A program made the position numbers and the translations under genes. Below the pieces are notes generated by a model. That model searched no databases. It was not told the origin of the DNA and saw only the letters and a program-made list of their open reading frames with translations. Shown here piece by piece: positions 31,885-32,894 of a DNA stretch of 32,894 bases; the first letter of the stretch is position 1; every line of letters starts with the position of its first letter. The stretch covers positions 1-32,894 of the IMG/VR virus record IMGVR_UViG_3300014655_000241, one strand, 5' to 3'. This DNA comes from a virus (lineage: Duplodnaviria; Caudoviricetes).

Positions 31885-32894
31885 AGCCGGTCCACCGCTG
31901 CACGCTTCTGCTTATCGCTCGCCTTGCCATACCGCGCGGTTGTTTTGATATCCCGATGCCCTGCCAGCCCCTGAGCGGTCGCCAGGTCGCTTCCCGAGTC
32001 GAGCAGGGACCTGATGAACGTGTGGCGGCTCTGATGGAAGTGCAGACCCGGGATGCCTGCGGCGTCGCCCCACGGGTGCGTGTAGTGCGTGGTGGTCTTC
32101 ACGGTATGGAGCATGGGGAACACGAGGGCGCCCGGCGTCGGCAGATGGTCGCCCGGGTCAATCAGGGCCCAGGCCGCGGCGTTCAGCGGCACATAGACGA
32201 CGTCCCGGGTCTTCTCCTGCGTCTTCTCAACCTGGCGGCCACGGATCTTCGACCAGGTCAAAGCCTTGCAGTCCGACCACCTCAGCCCCGTCTGGCAGGC
32301 GAACAGGAAGGCCCGCTTGATCTCGCCGCCGACGCCCTTGGCCCCGAGGATCGGCGTGCGGGCCAAGGTCTCCACCTCCTCGGGCAGCAGGCTGGCGGGC
32401 GGCTTCTCAGGCACCTTGATGAGCTTTACGCGGGCGGCAGGCGACTCGGTCAGGATGCCGTCGCGGATGGCGCGGAGAAACACACCCCGGAAGGCCTGAA
32501 AGTAGACCTTGACGGTGCTGGGCTCGAACAGGGATGCAAGGTAGTCCTGATACGTCTCGCACTGCTTCACGGTCACGGCGCCCAGCTGCACGGCGCCGAA
32601 GTGGTGCTCGATGCACTTCATGGAGTCGGCCAGGAGCTTGCCCTTGATGGTCTTGGCGTAGGCCGCCAGGCCCACGCGGCGGGTGTGCTCGGCAGGGATG
32701 TTGTGGATGGTGGACAGGAGCTCAAGCTCCCGGCGGGTGCGCAGGATCTCGGCCATGCGCATCTTCTCATCATCGCCGCGTCCGCCGTCGAGGATGATCT
32801 CAAGGTTCTCAGCCCTCCGGTCGCCCTTGTGATAGATGTCCAGGTAAAGAAGCCGCCCCTTCTTGAGGTTCCATGACCTGATTGTCACCTTCAT
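31881..32894 (-). CDS. int: Tyrosine integrase
   Basis: Catalytic set TGLRWSD (R), QEKT (K), HQSRH (HxxR), GHR (H) and ARY (Y); N-terminal LYLDIY arm-binding domain. Confidence 0.96.
   Translation of the reverse strand: MKVTIRSWNLKKGRLLYLDIYHKGDRRAENLEIILDGGRGDDEKMRMAEILRTRRELELLSTIHNIPAEHTRRVGLAAYAKTIKGKLLADSMKCIEHHFGAVQLGAVTVKQCETYQDYLASLFEPSTVKVYFQAFRGVFLRAIRDGILTESPAARVKLIKVPEKPPASLLPEEVETLARTPILGAKGVGGEIKRAFLFACQTGLRWSDCKALTWSKIRGRQVEKTQEKTRDVVYVPLNAAAWALIDPGDHLPTPGALVFPMLHTVKTTTHYTHPWGDAAGIPGLHFHQSRHTFIRSLLDSGSDLATAQGLAGHRDIKTTARYGKASDKQKRAAVDRL

Larger units (their letters stand above)
1..32894 (-). mobile_element. Temperate siphovirus prophage (HK97-fold capsid, non-contractile tail), near complete; att sites not visible in the window
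   Basis: Canonical module order integrase-repressor-early-replication-terminase-portal-protease-capsid-head/tail joining-tail tube-TMP-baseplate, with most genes coupled by ATGA/GTGA/TGATG overlaps; no sheath gene seen. Confidence 0.97.

Noticed and set aside
1-32894. CRISPR array, canonical tRNA/rRNA, IS elements, recoded stop codons
   Set aside because: No regularly spaced repeats, intact cloverleaf or transposase seen; genes are intact under the standard code

Overview
The window is a near-complete, GC-rich temperate siphovirus (prophage) with an HK97-fold capsid. It runs from the start codon of a tyrosine integrase at the right end to the stop codon of the last late gene at the left end, and almost all genes are on the minus strand. 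Order from right to left: integrase; exported accessory protein; XRE repressor with a three-operator switch; small early genes (RHH protein, excisionase, DUF551-like, VRR-NUC); a second divergent RHH/RHH switch in front of a BRO-N/ANT antirepressor; a recombination module with an unannotated 310-aa putative annealase and a single-chain 1203-aa SbcD-SbcC (Mre11-Rad50) fusion; a tRNA-like RNA; a DUF4373-like replication initiator with an internal origin; terminases; a portal-MuF fusion; a membrane protein; prohead protease; capsid; head-tail joining genes; tail tube; G/GT chaperones; tape measure; Dit; baseplate and fibre genes; and an L,D-transpeptidase-like putative lysin. The best leads are the fused Mre11-Rad50 with its partner, the P22 immI-like second immunity region, the non-canonical split lysis genes, and the portal-MuF fusion with a motif shared among head proteins. 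All family calls come from motif recognition by eye; no database searches were run.
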